Virus record (IMG/VR): IMGVR_UViG_3300032287_003869
Span: 27,810-91,809 of that record
Length of the DNA: 64,000 nucleotides
Reading direction: 5' to 3' (one strand)
DNA from: a virus
Shown here piece after piece: positions 8,875 through 19,491 of the stretch. The notes under the pieces were generated by a model. That model saw nothing but the letters and a program-made list of their open reading frames with translations, searched no databases and had not been told where the DNA came from. Numbering within the stretch: the first letter of the stretch is position 1; every line of letters starts with the position of its first letter. A program made the translations under genes and the position numbers.

Positions 8875-9219
8875 TTACTCGTCGAACAGCTTGATCGTGG
8901 GGGCTTCTTTCTTTTCTTCTTTCTTTGCGACTTGGAACATGTTTACATATTGCTCAACAAGGCGACCTTCAAGAGCTATTTCAGATTTAACAATCCTATC
9001 AGCAGGATAATCAAAAATAGATCCGCCTTCTCGCTTATCTAATTGAATGAATTCCTTGAAGAATTGAGGAACAAGCTGAACGCTAAGTTGACCATTACTG
9101 TTAGGTTGGGCCATAAGAATTGCTGGGTTCTTTACTTTAAGAATAGAACCTTTTGATTCTAGAACTTCTCCAACAATAGTGTGTCCTACATGATCGATGA
9201 ATACTTTAATATCTTGCAT
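8875..9219 (-). CDS. Hypothetical protein (possible Sm-like fold) downstream of DNA polymerase
   Basis: 114-aa ORF, beta-rich pattern IVGEVLES..LKVKNPAIL. Confidence 0.6.
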   Translation of the reverse strand: MQDIKVFIDHVGHTIVGEVLESKGSILKVKNPAILMAQPNSNGQLSVQLVPQFFKEFIQLDKREGGSIFDYPADRIVKSEIALEGRLVEQYVNMFQVAKKEEKKEAPTIKLFDE

Positions 9220-9257
9220 AGGTAACGATTTAATAACTTAAATCGAAAAAGCAAGCA

Positions 9258-11828
9258 TCATTCTTTAAAAAAATCCATCAAATCGCATGTTGTCATTTCA
9301 CTCGGCTTTTGAGCTACCCAATTAACGCTTTCAAAAAAACTTTCAACTGGCGCAAATATCACCTTTTCAAACATTTTTTCATAATCGGGTTCAAAGAAGT
9401 TTCTAAATTCTTCTGGATAGTAATATTTGAAAGCAATAGAATCTATCGCATATTTGTTTGGTTTTTTGAGATAGAATATTTTTAATTTATCTCCGCTTTG
9501 GATTTTTTCATATTTCCCTATCAAATCCAATTTGTCCAATAAAAGATTATAGAAATATGCCGCCTTAACATGATTTGGCATACTTTTAACCGTCTGAAAA
9601 TCATTACATTGAGATGCATATTTTTCGTAGTTTTTAATTCCCTTGTTAATTGCAATCTCTTCAAGAGGCAATCCTATGAATGCATCATGTGCTTTTGTTA
9701 CTGCATCATTGGTTTTAACGTTATCCAATGTTAAAATAAGAGTCTCAGCAATATTTTTAACATAAGGTTTGACCTTTTTCGGCATTGTGCTTTTCACAAC
9801 ATCAACTCCTGTATATTTGAACTTGTTACACTTAATCCCTTCGTTGTCTAAAATGTGTAAAATGTAGTGTTTTTTCTTCAAAAGCATTCCAATATCGCAT
9901 ATTTTTTCTCTCTTGAATAGAAATCTACAATCTTTCGAATTTAACTCTTTTTCTCCCCACTTGATAATCTCCTCATTTAAATATTTTGCAGTATCATCAA
10001 TAATATTATACATCTCTTTTGTGACTTTATTGTTTTCAGAGAATTTTATATTTTTGTGTTCAATAACATCATCGAAAGAAATAAACAAACTGTCTGTATC
10101 AATATATCTGATAACATCTCTAGATACTTTTTTACCTATATTCTTCTCCACATACTCAGTAAGGATATCAGAACCTTTGTTAATAATCGCTTGACCTGTT
10201 AATGTGATTGATCTCGCAAGATCATCATCTCCAAGTGCAAAATATTTGTTACCGAATGCGCCATAAACGGAATTCAAGAAAATCTTTTTCGTTTTTTGAT
10301 CTATATCCAAAAGTCTAGCTTTAGCCTCCAGTTTGCTTTTTGCGACTGGATCTTCTTCGGCTTCTATCTCCTTCTTCGTTTTTTTAAGATTTTTTACAGC
10401 ATCAACACGTTGTTCATAGTATTTGTCGATGATTTCTGGAAACAGTCCTTTTCTTTTTTGAGAGAACAGGACATTCGCTTTCGATATCGCTATCTTTTCC
10501 TTTTCAACTAATTTGTCGAAGGCATTATGAGATATTTTATGTTGAGTGTGATTGGCGTCTCTTATGATAACGTGTTCCGATGTCTTTTCTATAATTGTAC
10601 CTAGTTTTGTCTCTGGTGAAATGTTCAGAGTTATCATGGTATTTGGATAAAGAGAGTTTGCATCAAAAGACACCAAGTGCTTATGTATTCCACTTTCTGG
10701 TTCTTTTACAAAAGCTCCCTCGTTTTTAGATATTTTATTTGGATCTCTTATAAAGGTTGGTATTTTAATGTCTCTTTTTCTGGCTTGAATTGCGGTTGCT
10801 CCTGTAATAACACCTAGACTCCTCAATGCGCTTTCCATTGTGGTTAATCCTGTGACGGCAAGAGAACGTAACAGTGGCATATATTTCAATGCATCGTCTA
10901 ATTTCACAAGAATGTTGACGTCTTGAATGTTATAATCAACAAATGTTTCCCAATTCGTATCCGCTAGATCTGAAAGATTTCCTCCACCGTAGTCTATCTT
11001 ATTTTCTCCAAGTTCAACCGATGCTATCGTGTTTAGTTTGTAATTTTCTCTTGGGTCTAGACAAAATTTCTTGTATGCATCCATGTAATCGATGCTAGAT
11101 ACGCCATCCAATACCCAAACTTTCTCTTCTTTTCCGAATTTATTAAACTCTGTTCTGCTATATATGTTTTTTGTCGGAGAAAGTCTCGTAGCTTCATTTT
11201 CATCACAAATCTTACCGATTCTATTGACGAGATACGGAATATCGAAAAACTTACTATTCCATCCAGACAGCACATCCATGTGATCCTTTTCCACATATTC
11301 CAAAAATTTGGTCAGTAATTGTTTTTCAGAGGAACAATGACTATATTTTACATTCGGAAGTTTAGGAACATATGCCTTTGTACCCCAAACATGAAACATC
11401 TGGCTCAATGTATCGTATATGGTGATAACATTAACTGGGGCATTTGCTTGATCTGGATGGGGGAAGCCTTCATCTTTGGAATAAACCTCAATATCCAAAT
11501 AAAAAATCTTCAAAGGATGCTGAATGAATTCAGGCTTCTCGTATTCTTGATAAAACATATCAACCAGAAATTGTTGATATACACTGAGGTTCTCAAATAT
11601 TCTAACGTTATCTGTTTCTTTAATGTATTTCGATCTATCGTATTGAGTATTGAATGATTTTTTCTTCAGTTTCGTATTGAATAAACTGATAGAATCATGT
11701 GTTCCGTTTGTTTCTGTATAGACATAAGGTCTATAGGAACATTCCGCTTTAATTCTCTTTCCACTTGTGTCCCAAGTAAAGAGATTCATGCAGCGTTCTT
11801 TTGGATTATACGATAGATTTCTATACAT
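9258..11828 (-). CDS. gp43: Family B DNA polymerase (T4 gp43-like)
   Basis: ExoI LDIEV, GWNSKFFDIPY, SFDANSLYP, KIFLNSVYG, YIDTDS. Confidence 0.97.
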   Translation of the reverse strand: MYRNLSYNPKERCMNLFTWDTSGKRIKAECSYRPYVYTETNGTHDSISLFNTKLKKKSFNTQYDRSKYIKETDNVRIFENLSVYQQFLVDMFYQEYEKPEFIQHPLKIFYLDIEVYSKDEGFPHPDQANAPVNVITIYDTLSQMFHVWGTKAYVPKLPNVKYSHCSSEKQLLTKFLEYVEKDHMDVLSGWNSKFFDIPYLVNRIGKICDENEATRLSPTKNIYSRTEFNKFGKEEKVWVLDGVSSIDYMDAYKKFCLDPRENYKLNTIASVELGENKIDYGGGNLSDLADTNWETFVDYNIQDVNILVKLDDALKYMPLLRSLAVTGLTTMESALRSLGVITGATAIQARKRDIKIPTFIRDPNKISKNEGAFVKEPESGIHKHLVSFDANSLYPNTMITLNISPETKLGTIIEKTSEHVIIRDANHTQHKISHNAFDKLVEKEKIAISKANVLFSQKRKGLFPEIIDKYYEQRVDAVKNLKKTKKEIEAEEDPVAKSKLEAKARLLDIDQKTKKIFLNSVYGAFGNKYFALGDDDLARSITLTGQAIINKGSDILTEYVEKNIGKKVSRDVIRYIDTDSLFISFDDVIEHKNIKFSENNKVTKEMYNIIDDTAKYLNEEIIKWGEKELNSKDCRFLFKREKICDIGMLLKKKHYILHILDNEGIKCNKFKYTGVDVVKSTMPKKVKPYVKNIAETLILTLDNVKTNDAVTKAHDAFIGLPLEEIAINKGIKNYEKYASQCNDFQTVKSMPNHVKAAYFYNLLLDKLDLIGKYEKIQSGDKLKIFYLKKPNKYAIDSIAFKYYYPEEFRNFFEPDYEKMFEKVIFAPVESFFESVNWVAQKPSEMTTCDLMDFFKE

Positions 11829-11850
11829 CGATTGTTAAATAATATCAATT

Positions 11851-12045
11851 ATGGAAGAGATTGCAAGGCAATTTTTCAATACACTGGACCCATGTCCACA
11901 AGAAATCCCAGATTGTGAAAATCTTAGAAAAGAATACACAAGAACATTGGATTCTTTAAAAGTCAAAAGCGGATGCAGTCCTTGTGCTGAGAGAAATCTT
12001 AAAAACACATTCATATCTAGAATTAAAAATTTGATCGGAAAATGA
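11851..12045 (+). CDS. Small Cys-containing late protein
   Basis: DPCP..CE, CSPC; TAAATA at 11836. Confidence 0.6.
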   Translation: MEEIARQFFNTLDPCPQEIPDCENLRKEYTRTLDSLKVKSGCSPCAERNLKNTFISRIKNLIGK

Positions 12046-12365
12046 TTTGGTTTTATACATCTGGTCTTTTGGCCGTTAATAGTATTCTTATACTATGGTT
12101 TTATTCTCCTATTGCTAATTCTATAGGCAAATTGTTCTTGAAAAGAAATGATATTTATGCCTTGGACGATCTTCTCGATATAATTGCAATCAAAAGTGAA
12201 GTTCTATCTACGCTTTTATCATGCTGGGTATGCATGAGCTTTTGGTTGTCTTTAATCGTCGGGCTTGTCTTTATGTTTATTTTCGGATTGTATTGGTGGT
12301 ATCCAATTTTAACATATCTGACTTATCCATCGATTCTTTTCGCTATCAAGCAATTATACCGTTGA
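12042..12365 (+). CDS. Small membrane protein with CxxCxSxW motif (DUF1360-like)
   Basis: Hydrophobic segments; LLSCWVCMSFW. Confidence 0.55.
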   Translation: MIWFYTSGLLAVNSILILWFYSPIANSIGKLFLKRNDIYALDDLLDIIAIKSEVLSTLLSCWVCMSFWLSLIVGLVFMFIFGLYWWYPILTYLTYPSILFAIKQLYR

Positions 12366-13572
12366 TAGCGTTCAAGACTTTTCTATCTGGGTGTCCATGA
12401 GGATATTTGAACAATTCAGCATAGCATTCAATATTATCTCCGTTTTCCAACCAACGCTTGTTTGCATCATTTCTCGCTTTTGCACTGATATTCATGTAAC
12501 GTCCTTTTTTGCTTAGGACGTCATCAATCACGGAAACCATTTCTTCTCCTGTATCGAATTTAAATGGTGCATTCTCATATGTGCAAAGATTTTGACAAGC
12601 GATTGGAATTCCGAATGCATTTGCCTCAACAAGTTTCAAATCAGATTTAGATTTGTTGAAATTGTTATTTTGCAAAGGAGCAACCATCATGTTAATTCTT
12701 AGATTTTTGATCTTCTCTCCATAGTGGTAGAGATTTTGCCAAGGGTGGAATTCTATTTTTCCAGACTTCACTAAATTTGTCAAAGGAAGAGGATATGCTC
12801 CAAGAAATACCCATTGGTACTTATCCACGGTTTTTGCAATAATATCTACAACGTGCGCAAAGTCATCTTTTTGACCAACTCTGTTATCAACGTCAAAATG
12901 TGCTCCAGATCCAGCATAAAGGATTCTTGGTTTCTTTTTGTAAGTGTCGTAATTTGACGATATCTGCTTCTCGTCATAGAAATGCCCAAGCCAAAACTTT
13001 GGAGGGAAATTGGGAATAATTGTCACGCTTTTATGCCCAGTTTTTTCCGTGTAGTAATCCTTCATGAATTGATTTGTAACCGTAACCTCATCGCAAAGAA
13101 GCATTATATCTTGGCAATTTTTTCTAATCTGAGGGTCTGTAAATGCTGGTTTATATTTGTTATAATCCGGAATATCTTCTGAGAAAACAAGATCGTCAAT
13201 TTCATAGATAATTCGGAAACCGACTTCTTTGGAGAGTTCTTTTAAGAACTGAACAAACTTTAATTGGTGGCTTGTGGCTTGTCTTTGAATCCTAACGACC
13301 TTTGTATTGATATATGATCGTGGGTCCAAGTTCATAACAGTAGTACCATGAACTGTAAACATATTGAATGCATTAAGCAAATGTTCTGGCCAAATCATTC
13401 TCCAAAAACCGCATCCGCTATAGTCAGCATAATACTGAATAACTCTTGGTAGATGATTTTCAGGTGGAGTCATGTCCTCTTTTTTTGTTGCTGCCTTGTT
13501 TCCAATGTGCGTAAACTGCATCGAGTTCCTCAAAAGAGGGGATGTAAATTGGCTGTTGGGAATTTGAATCAT
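12346..13572 (-). CDS. GT-B fold glycosyltransferase
   Basis: SGCGFWRM, YEIDDL, APLQNNNFNKSKSDLKLVE motifs. Confidence 0.8.
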   Translation of the reverse strand: MIQIPNSQFTSPLLRNSMQFTHIGNKAATKKEDMTPPENHLPRVIQYYADYSGCGFWRMIWPEHLLNAFNMFTVHGTTVMNLDPRSYINTKVVRIQRQATSHQLKFVQFLKELSKEVGFRIIYEIDDLVFSEDIPDYNKYKPAFTDPQIRKNCQDIMLLCDEVTVTNQFMKDYYTEKTGHKSVTIIPNFPPKFWLGHFYDEKQISSNYDTYKKKPRILYAGSGAHFDVDNRVGQKDDFAHVVDIIAKTVDKYQWVFLGAYPLPLTNLVKSGKIEFHPWQNLYHYGEKIKNLRINMMVAPLQNNNFNKSKSDLKLVEANAFGIPIACQNLCTYENAPFKFDTGEEMVSVIDDVLSKKGRYMNISAKARNDANKRWLENGDNIECYAELFKYPHGHPDRKVLNAINGIIA

Positions 13573-13601
13573 AGTGTTATTAATTTTCTGTTACGTTAAA
13601 A

Positions 13602-15398
13602 TCAAGCGGTTTCTAGAGGAATTCTTTTAGTTATTCCATTTGTTTTCTCCAAATAAACGACCTCGCCATTTGCTAATTTTGAACATTCTTTTCTGTGGGA
13701 AATCACATAAATGCCATAAGAATACTTCTCTACAAAGTCATTTAACAATCTTACGACATTCTCGACTCCAGCGGAGTCCAAGCTTGTATCCAAAAGCTCA
13801 TCATAAAATTGAACATTGTAATAAACATTTGTTTGCATCTTCAACATATCAATAAATGCAAACATTACAGCGAGGTCTATGGCCTTTCTTTCTGCTCCAC
13901 TATAGTTGAAATACATAGTCGGCTTACCTCTCTCGTTTTTTATCTCCTCCTCAAAATATTGGTCAAAAGTTATGATAGAGTTGGCATTTAATTCTTTTAG
14001 ATAAAAAGCTATCTTTGAATTAAACAATGCCAATATTTTCTTCACAACATAACTTTTAACGCCTTCTTCTGATAAAACGAACTTAACATTGTCTAAAACT
14101 TTGAATCTTATCTTCAACCCGTCCAGTGTTTCCCCAAGTTTCAAAAGATCATTTTTAATCCCATCAATACTCTTGGATTCTTCTTCTTTGAAGTTTTGCA
14201 ATTCGGTTAATGATGTTTTTTCCTTTTCCAGTTGTTTTTCAAAATACTCTTTTTTCTCTTCGTCGTTTTGTTTCTTTTGAATCGCAAGTGCATTCTTTGT
14301 TATACCGTCCTTTAATAGTGAGATTGCTCTTTCAATTAAAGATATTTCGGATTTCAATTCCGATTGCTTTTTATACAATTCCTGTTCAAGAATAGTGTTT
14401 TTTTGTTCAATTGTTGAGCGGATTTCGTTTTTTCTTTGCTGAATATGATCCAAATCGTCCGCTGTGACTTTTCTCATGCAAACTGGACACTCATCTTCTT
14501 CTGTTCCAATTTTTGATAAATCTGATTTTAAAATTTTAATCTCTATTAAAACCTCAGTGCATTTTTTAACAATCTGCTGATTCTCTTCATTTTTGTCTTT
14601 ATTTTTTTCTTCAAGTTTCTTCAGCTTTTCCTTGTTTTGTTGAACATCTTCTATCTTATATGTTAATATTCTATCTGTGGTTTCAGTTAATTGTTTTTCA
14701 ATTCTGGATATGGTTTCATCTATCGCATTCTTTCTACGATCTCTTTCTTCTGAATTTCTTTTATTTTGATCCAATACTAGTTTTATTGTTTTTTCCAAAT
14801 CGGAATATTTTTCAGATTTTGATTCTATTTCCTTCTTTACCTCAACATATTCTTCTTTCAAATTGGAATTCATTCTTGAGAATACGTCCAAATTGAATAT
14901 CCCTTCAATGAATTTTTTCTTCTCCAACTTCTTCTGGGCCATGAAGGGTATCGTGGAGTTAATCGAGAGGCATATGCAATTCGTGAATATCTCTGGCGTG
15001 AGGTTTAAAATTGAAAGAATGTATTCGGTGGTGTTTGATATGCTGTCCCTGCTTACATCTTGACCGTTCTCGAACAAATTCAACTTGGAGGGTTTTATAG
15101 TCCTGATGATCTCGTATTCATTCTTGTCTATGGAAAATGTTAAAGACACCTCCGCAGTTTCATTTGTTAGGTTGTTTACAACAAACTCCTTTTTAAGTTC
15201 TCTTGTTGTCTCCCCAAACAATGCAAAATAAAAGGAATCGACAAGAGAACTCTTTCCAGTTCCATTTTGACGATCCATCAAGTCCTTGTTTATTCCCGTT
15301 ATGATGTTCAGTCCCTTTTGAAAATCCACAACAACAGGAGTCTTTCCTATGCTTAGGAAATTTTTAACTTTTAATGTTTTAAATACTACTTTTTTCAC
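13602..15398 (-). CDS. gp46: Recombination endonuclease ATPase subunit (gp46/Rad50-like)
   Basis: KNFLSIG, NGTGKS, CPVC hook, YSGAE signature, DELLD. Confidence 0.95.
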   Translation of the reverse strand: MKKVVFKTLKVKNFLSIGKTPVVVDFQKGLNIITGINKDLMDRQNGTGKSSLVDSFYFALFGETTRELKKEFVVNNLTNETAEVSLTFSIDKNEYEIIRTIKPSKLNLFENGQDVSRDSISNTTEYILSILNLTPEIFTNCICLSINSTIPFMAQKKLEKKKFIEGIFNLDVFSRMNSNLKEEYVEVKKEIESKSEKYSDLEKTIKLVLDQNKRNSEERDRRKNAIDETISRIEKQLTETTDRILTYKIEDVQQNKEKLKKLEEKNKDKNEENQQIVKKCTEVLIEIKILKSDLSKIGTEEDECPVCMRKVTADDLDHIQQRKNEIRSTIEQKNTILEQELYKKQSELKSEISLIERAISLLKDGITKNALAIQKKQNDEEKKEYFEKQLEKEKTSLTELQNFKEEESKSIDGIKNDLLKLGETLDGLKIRFKVLDNVKFVLSEEGVKSYVVKKILALFNSKIAFYLKELNANSIITFDQYFEEEIKNERGKPTMYFNYSGAERKAIDLAVMFAFIDMLKMQTNVYYNVQFYDELLDTSLDSAGVENVVRLLNDFVEKYSYGIYVISHRKECSKLANGEVVYLEKTNGITKRIPLETA

Positions 15399-16435
15399 GA
15401 TTGTTTATATAATTCCACTGTGTATTTTGCAACATCTTCTTTATTGTCGATGTCTAAAAGTTTAACAAAATCAAAAATCGCTTTTTCCATATCAATTCCA
15501 GACAAGTCAAACTCTTCATCCAATTCTTCAGAAACAGGATTGAATGCAATTGTATTGTCAAAAGAAAGAGATATTGGGTTTAAATTTTTTATATTGGCTG
15601 AATATTTTTCCAATTCCTCGCTTTCTATGTTTTTATCGACAATGATTCTTACAATGTTGTTTTCTACATTTTGTTCCGAACTGTCATATTCCGACAGTTT
15701 AATTTTTTTATGTTTGGGTGAATTTTTGTTTTCATAGAATGTATAAGACGTGTCATCGAAATTAACAATATAATATCCCTTTGTCGATTCAGTATCTCCA
15801 AAGTCCATCTCAAAGGGGTTTCCGACATATATAATCTTGGATTCCTTATATTCTCTCTCATCTCTCAAATGAAAATGCCCACTAAAAACAAGTGGTGCCT
15901 TCTTGGATACGCTTGAGGGTGAAAATCCATGTTCACATAATTTATATGTGTTCATTTTGAAGCTTTCTATTTCAAAATGCCCCATCAACACATCGCATTG
16001 AGGAATATCCTTCATTTCAGTTCCCCAAGGACACATGAATACTTTCTTTCCACCAAATTCAAACATCTTTGGCTTATCTATGATTTCAATGTTAGGATAC
16101 CCCCTAAAAACAGAAAGAGAGTGAATATCAGCCTTGTCTTTTAAGAAGCTGCAATGATTTCCAACAATCATTTTAAGCTCGAAGTCTTTAAACTTATCAG
16201 TTATATCGGATGCAACGTGTAGAGTATTAACCGATATATCAGACCTAGAATGGAAATAATCTCCAAGAAAAAGTATGTTTTTTATATTCTTCTTTTTTAA
16301 TTCTGAAACAAACCAATCACTCCAATCGTCAGCTATCTTATGCCAAGTAGAACTGTTTTGATGAACTCCTAAATGGAGGTCTGAAAAAATCGCATAATTG
16401 TTATCCACTTGATTGTGATTATAATTCAATTTCAA
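15395..16435 (-). CDS. gp47: Recombination endonuclease nuclease subunit (gp47/Mre11-like)
   Basis: SDLHLG, LGDYFH, VGNH, GHFE, SGHFH motifs. Confidence 0.95.
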   Translation of the reverse strand: MKLNYNHNQVDNNYAIFSDLHLGVHQNSSTWHKIADDWSDWFVSELKKKNIKNILFLGDYFHSRSDISVNTLHVASDITDKFKDFELKMIVGNHCSFLKDKADIHSLSVFRGYPNIEIIDKPKMFEFGGKKVFMCPWGTEMKDIPQCDVLMGHFEIESFKMNTYKLCEHGFSPSSVSKKAPLVFSGHFHLRDEREYKESKIIYVGNPFEMDFGDTESTKGYYIVNFDDTSYTFYENKNSPKHKKIKLSEYDSSEQNVENNIVRIIVDKNIESEELEKYSANIKNLNPISLSFDNTIAFNPVSEELDEEFDLSGIDMEKAIFDFVKLLDIDNKEDVAKYTVELYKQS

Positions 16436-16905
16436 TAATTGTCAATTTTGTCGATTGGTGCTGGTCTTGTGTAAACCTTATGTGAACCGTATTCCTCACT
16501 ATCATTCATCATGATATCGAAATTTCTTTCCTTGTATTCCTCAACAACTTCGTGGTGCTTCTTTTCTTTTTTAATTCTACAAATAAATGCATGATAAGCA
16601 ATTGTTGTAAAATAACCGAAAGGTGAAAAACCTTGATTCAATTTAAACTTCTTATGAAGAATTGCTTGATACATTTTTAGAACAGCATCTCCCACCATGT
16701 CTTCTTTGTAGCTGTAGTTAATAAAATTACCAGCATAGGAAAGCCCTTGGGCTATTTTCTGAATGCTATCTCCAAGATAATTGGTTATGATTCCATCATC
16801 GTAATACTTGATCAGGGCATCTTCGAAATCTTTAGCATTCACATAATGGGGTTTATCTTCTGCTTTTTTTCTTTTTCTTTTTACTGGTTTGTCGTTATCT
16901 TTCAT
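16432..16905 (-). CDS. gp55: Late transcription sigma factor (gp55-like)
   Basis: HYVNAKDF, NFINYSYKEDMVGDA, PFGYFTTIAYHAFICRIKKEKK; synteny with gp47; start probably 16905. Confidence 0.92.
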   Translation of the reverse strand: MKDNDKPVKRKRKKAEDKPHYVNAKDFEDALIKYYDDGIITNYLGDSIQKIAQGLSYAGNFINYSYKEDMVGDAVLKMYQAILHKKFKLNQGFSPFGYFTTIAYHAFICRIKKEKKHHEVVEEYKERNFDIMMNDSEEYGSHKVYTRPAPIDKIDNY

Positions 16906-18352
16906 TGATTTTAATTCTTTGGTGTGGGATATTTTCCTGTTCATAGAATTCTTGGCGTTTCATTTGATGTTGCATTCCATAATACAATTGATCGGCCACA
17001 TCTATGATATAAAGTGTATTTTTCTTTTCGTGTAAACGAAGACCTCTACCAATGCTTTGTAAAACTTTTATTTTGGATTTTCCTCCACCTCCAAAAATAA
17101 TATAGTGAAGGTTTTTAATATTGATTCCTGTTGAAAATATTTTGGAAATGGCTATACATATGACATTTTCCTTAGTTTCCATTATCTTTCTTATTTTTTC
17201 TCTATCATCCACTCCCATTTCTCCAGAAATATAAAAGACTTCTTTGTTTTCCAAGCCTTTACTTAAAACTTTGTAAAGAGTTTCACCATGTTCAAGATAA
17301 TCTACAAGAATCAATGCGTTGTTTTGACAGTTAAGTGAAAGTTTTCGTATGGTTTCATTTCTGAATTGACTTTTTATAAGGAAATCAATTTCATTTCTAT
17401 AGTTGTCCGTTGCAGCATTGCCTCCAAAATTTCTTATCGGTTTGGTTTTATATTCCAATTCGACAACTTGAGCTATTGCGGGAACAACGTGTTTATCCTC
17501 CCTTAATTCAAAGCTTCTTCTTTGGTAAATTATAGGACCAATCTTCCCTATAATTGTCCATTGGTCTATTTTGTCTTCTGGCATCGTACCAGTAAACCCA
17601 AACTTGTGGCTTGTTTGGCATGTTTCTATAATTTTTGTTATTTCGTTGGATTTTCTGATTTGGTGACACTCATCTACAACGAGAACATCTATATATTTCA
17701 ACCAATCTATGTCGCTGTTCTTAGATTGCAGTATGGCACTTGTGCATACAACGACATTTCTACTCAAATCGAGCTTATCATCACCTGTCCACTTGGAATA
17801 TCCAAACGGAACACCGTATTCTTGAAAGTCACCACAAGTTTGAACAACTAGGCTCCTATTGGGAACAACCAAGCAACACTTGAAGTTGCTGTCCATATTG
17901 TGTATTTTTGACAACAAGGAAGCCATTGTAAGCGTTTTTCCGCCAGCAGTGGCTAGAAGTATCGTTCCTCTTCCAAAATTCAGACATTTATCGACTATTT
18001 CCTTTTGGTAATCCCTCAATTTCAAATTAAGGGGATATTCTTCCAAAGAAAACGATTCTGTTTTCCTCCAATCGTATGCTGCTGGATTATTTTCCCTCAA
18101 TAAATCCTGATGAATCTTCACACGATCCATCGAATATTCCGTATTGTTCTTTATGAACTTTAAAATCTCAGGAAGAAGACAAGAATCGAATCTTCCGGTT
18201 CCTGTTATAACATACTTTCTGGATGGAATGAACCTGTTTCTCGCAAACTTGGCACCATCGTTCTTTACGGAAAAGAATTCTTTTACTTCATCGAAGTAAT
18301 CGCCTGAGTAAATTCCCTTTTTCTTCTTGTCATCGTATCCAAGATCTATCAT
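16895..18352 (-). CDS. uvsW: UvsW SF2 helicase
   Basis: LRDYQ, ATAGGKT, VDECH, GFTGT, QSIGRGLR. Confidence 0.95.
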   Translation of the reverse strand: MIDLGYDDKKKKGIYSGDYFDEVKEFFSVKNDGAKFARNRFIPSRKYVITGTGRFDSCLLPEILKFIKNNTEYSMDRVKIHQDLLRENNPAAYDWRKTESFSLEEYPLNLKLRDYQKEIVDKCLNFGRGTILLATAGGKTLTMASLLSKIHNMDSNFKCCLVVPNRSLVVQTCGDFQEYGVPFGYSKWTGDDKLDLSRNVVVCTSAILQSKNSDIDWLKYIDVLVVDECHQIRKSNEITKIIETCQTSHKFGFTGTMPEDKIDQWTIIGKIGPIIYQRRSFELREDKHVVPAIAQVVELEYKTKPIRNFGGNAATDNYRNEIDFLIKSQFRNETIRKLSLNCQNNALILVDYLEHGETLYKVLSKGLENKEVFYISGEMGVDDREKIRKIMETKENVICIAISKIFSTGINIKNLHYIIFGGGGKSKIKVLQSIGRGLRLHEKKNTLYIIDVADQLYYGMQHQMKRQEFYEQENIPHQRIKINER

Positions 18353-18741
18353 GTGGTTTCCAACTGAACTATCTTGATAATGTTTCCAATGTCGAAACTC
18401 ATGGATGACATTACCTTTTCAATCTTTTCCAGAAAATCGATAAGATTTTTACTTTCTTCTATCTTTTCATCGATTTCCAGAACGGATTCATGTTTTTCTG
18501 CAACATTCCTTAGAACGGGAGCAGAAATGGAGGCCACAGCCTCTTGTTTTATTTTCTCAATGACAATGTTTAATTGCTTTTTCTTGTCTTTCTCAAGTCT
18601 GTTTAAATTGTTTTTCTCTAAAATTAAACGAGAAACCCACTTTGCCTTCTTTGCTGGAAGAAGAAGAGAAGATTCCTTCAAGTTCATCTCATCAACAATG
18701 CAATCTTGTTTTAGTTCCTCTATGTAATTTGATAAAGACAT
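18349..18741 (-). CDS. uvsY: UvsY-like recombination mediator
   Basis: 130-aa helical protein directly upstream of uvsW; IVDEMNL, FDIGNII pattern. Confidence 0.75.
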   Translation of the reverse strand: MSLSNYIEELKQDCIVDEMNLKESSLLLPAKKAKWVSRLILEKNNLNRLEKDKKKQLNIVIEKIKQEAVASISAPVLRNVAEKHESVLEIDEKIEESKNLIDFLEKIEKVMSSMSFDIGNIIKIVQLETT

Positions 18742-18786
18742 TTAAAATCTAAATAAATATAACTTATTTTTCAAAAAAGTCAAATA

Positions 18787-19023
18787 ATGAATTTCGATAA
18801 ATTAGTAAAATGTATTTTAGAGGACAATGCCGCTGGTGATGGAGGCTCATTTGGGTCTGGTGAATCATTCGGACATGGTGGTGCTGTCGGTAATTCTGAC
18901 TTTTGGAATACCGGAAGTGCAATTATCCCCTATGTAATGGGGACATTTAGAAGATCGGGGAAAGTAAAAGGGAAAAGAAAAAGAAAAAATGCAAAAAGAA
19001 GAAAGAAAAATAGATCTAAGTGA
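18787..19023 (+). CDS. Small Gly-rich/basic protein with capsid-targeting-like N-terminus
   Basis: MNFDKLVKCILE N-terminus; basic tail. Confidence 0.6.
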   Translation: MNFDKLVKCILEDNAAGDGGSFGSGESFGHGGAVGNSDFWNTGSAIIPYVMGTFRRSGKVKGKRKRKNAKRRKKNRSK

Positions 19024-19441
19024 TACTGGTCACTGGATTCTTCCTCCAAGTGTGGAAGAATTTGGAGATAATTCCAAAGATTACTTCGGTTTTGTATATA
19101 AAATAACTCTGCCCAATGGTTTCTGGTATATTGGGTCCAAGCAATTCGAATCTAAGAGAAAATTAAAGCCTTTGAAGGGTAAAACAAGAGCAAGAAGGAC
19201 GGTTGTGGAGAGTGATTGGAGAGAATACACGTCATCCTCAAACATGATAAACGACATTATATCCAAAGAGGGGAAAGGAAATATGAGGTTTGAAATCATA
19301 ACTCTTGCAAGGGGTGGGAAGTTTGAATTAAAATATTGTGAAATGAAACATCAAGTTTTGGAAAATTGTCTTTTTGAAGAGAATTGCATGAACCAAATAG
19401 TGAACGTAAGGCTTGGGAAGAAAAAAACTTTCAATTTTTAA
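18989..19441 (+). CDS. GIY-YIG-like nuclease-domain protein
   Basis: FGFVYKIT...YIGSKQF...ESDWREYTSSS. Confidence 0.75.
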   Translation: MQKEERKIDLSDTGHWILPPSVEEFGDNSKDYFGFVYKITLPNGFWYIGSKQFESKRKLKPLKGKTRARRTVVESDWREYTSSSNMINDIISKEGKGNMRFEIITLARGGKFELKYCEMKHQVLENCLFEENCMNQIVNVRLGKKKTFNF

Positions 19442-19462
19442 AAATATTTTCACTTTACCCTA

Positions 19463-19491
19463 TTGACTTTTTGGGGTAGTTGGGTTAAAAT
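19463..19491 (+). promoter_or_regulatory. Near-consensus sigma70 promoter TTGACT-N17-TAAAAT
   Basis: Direct sequence in the largest intergenic gap. Confidence 0.75.
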
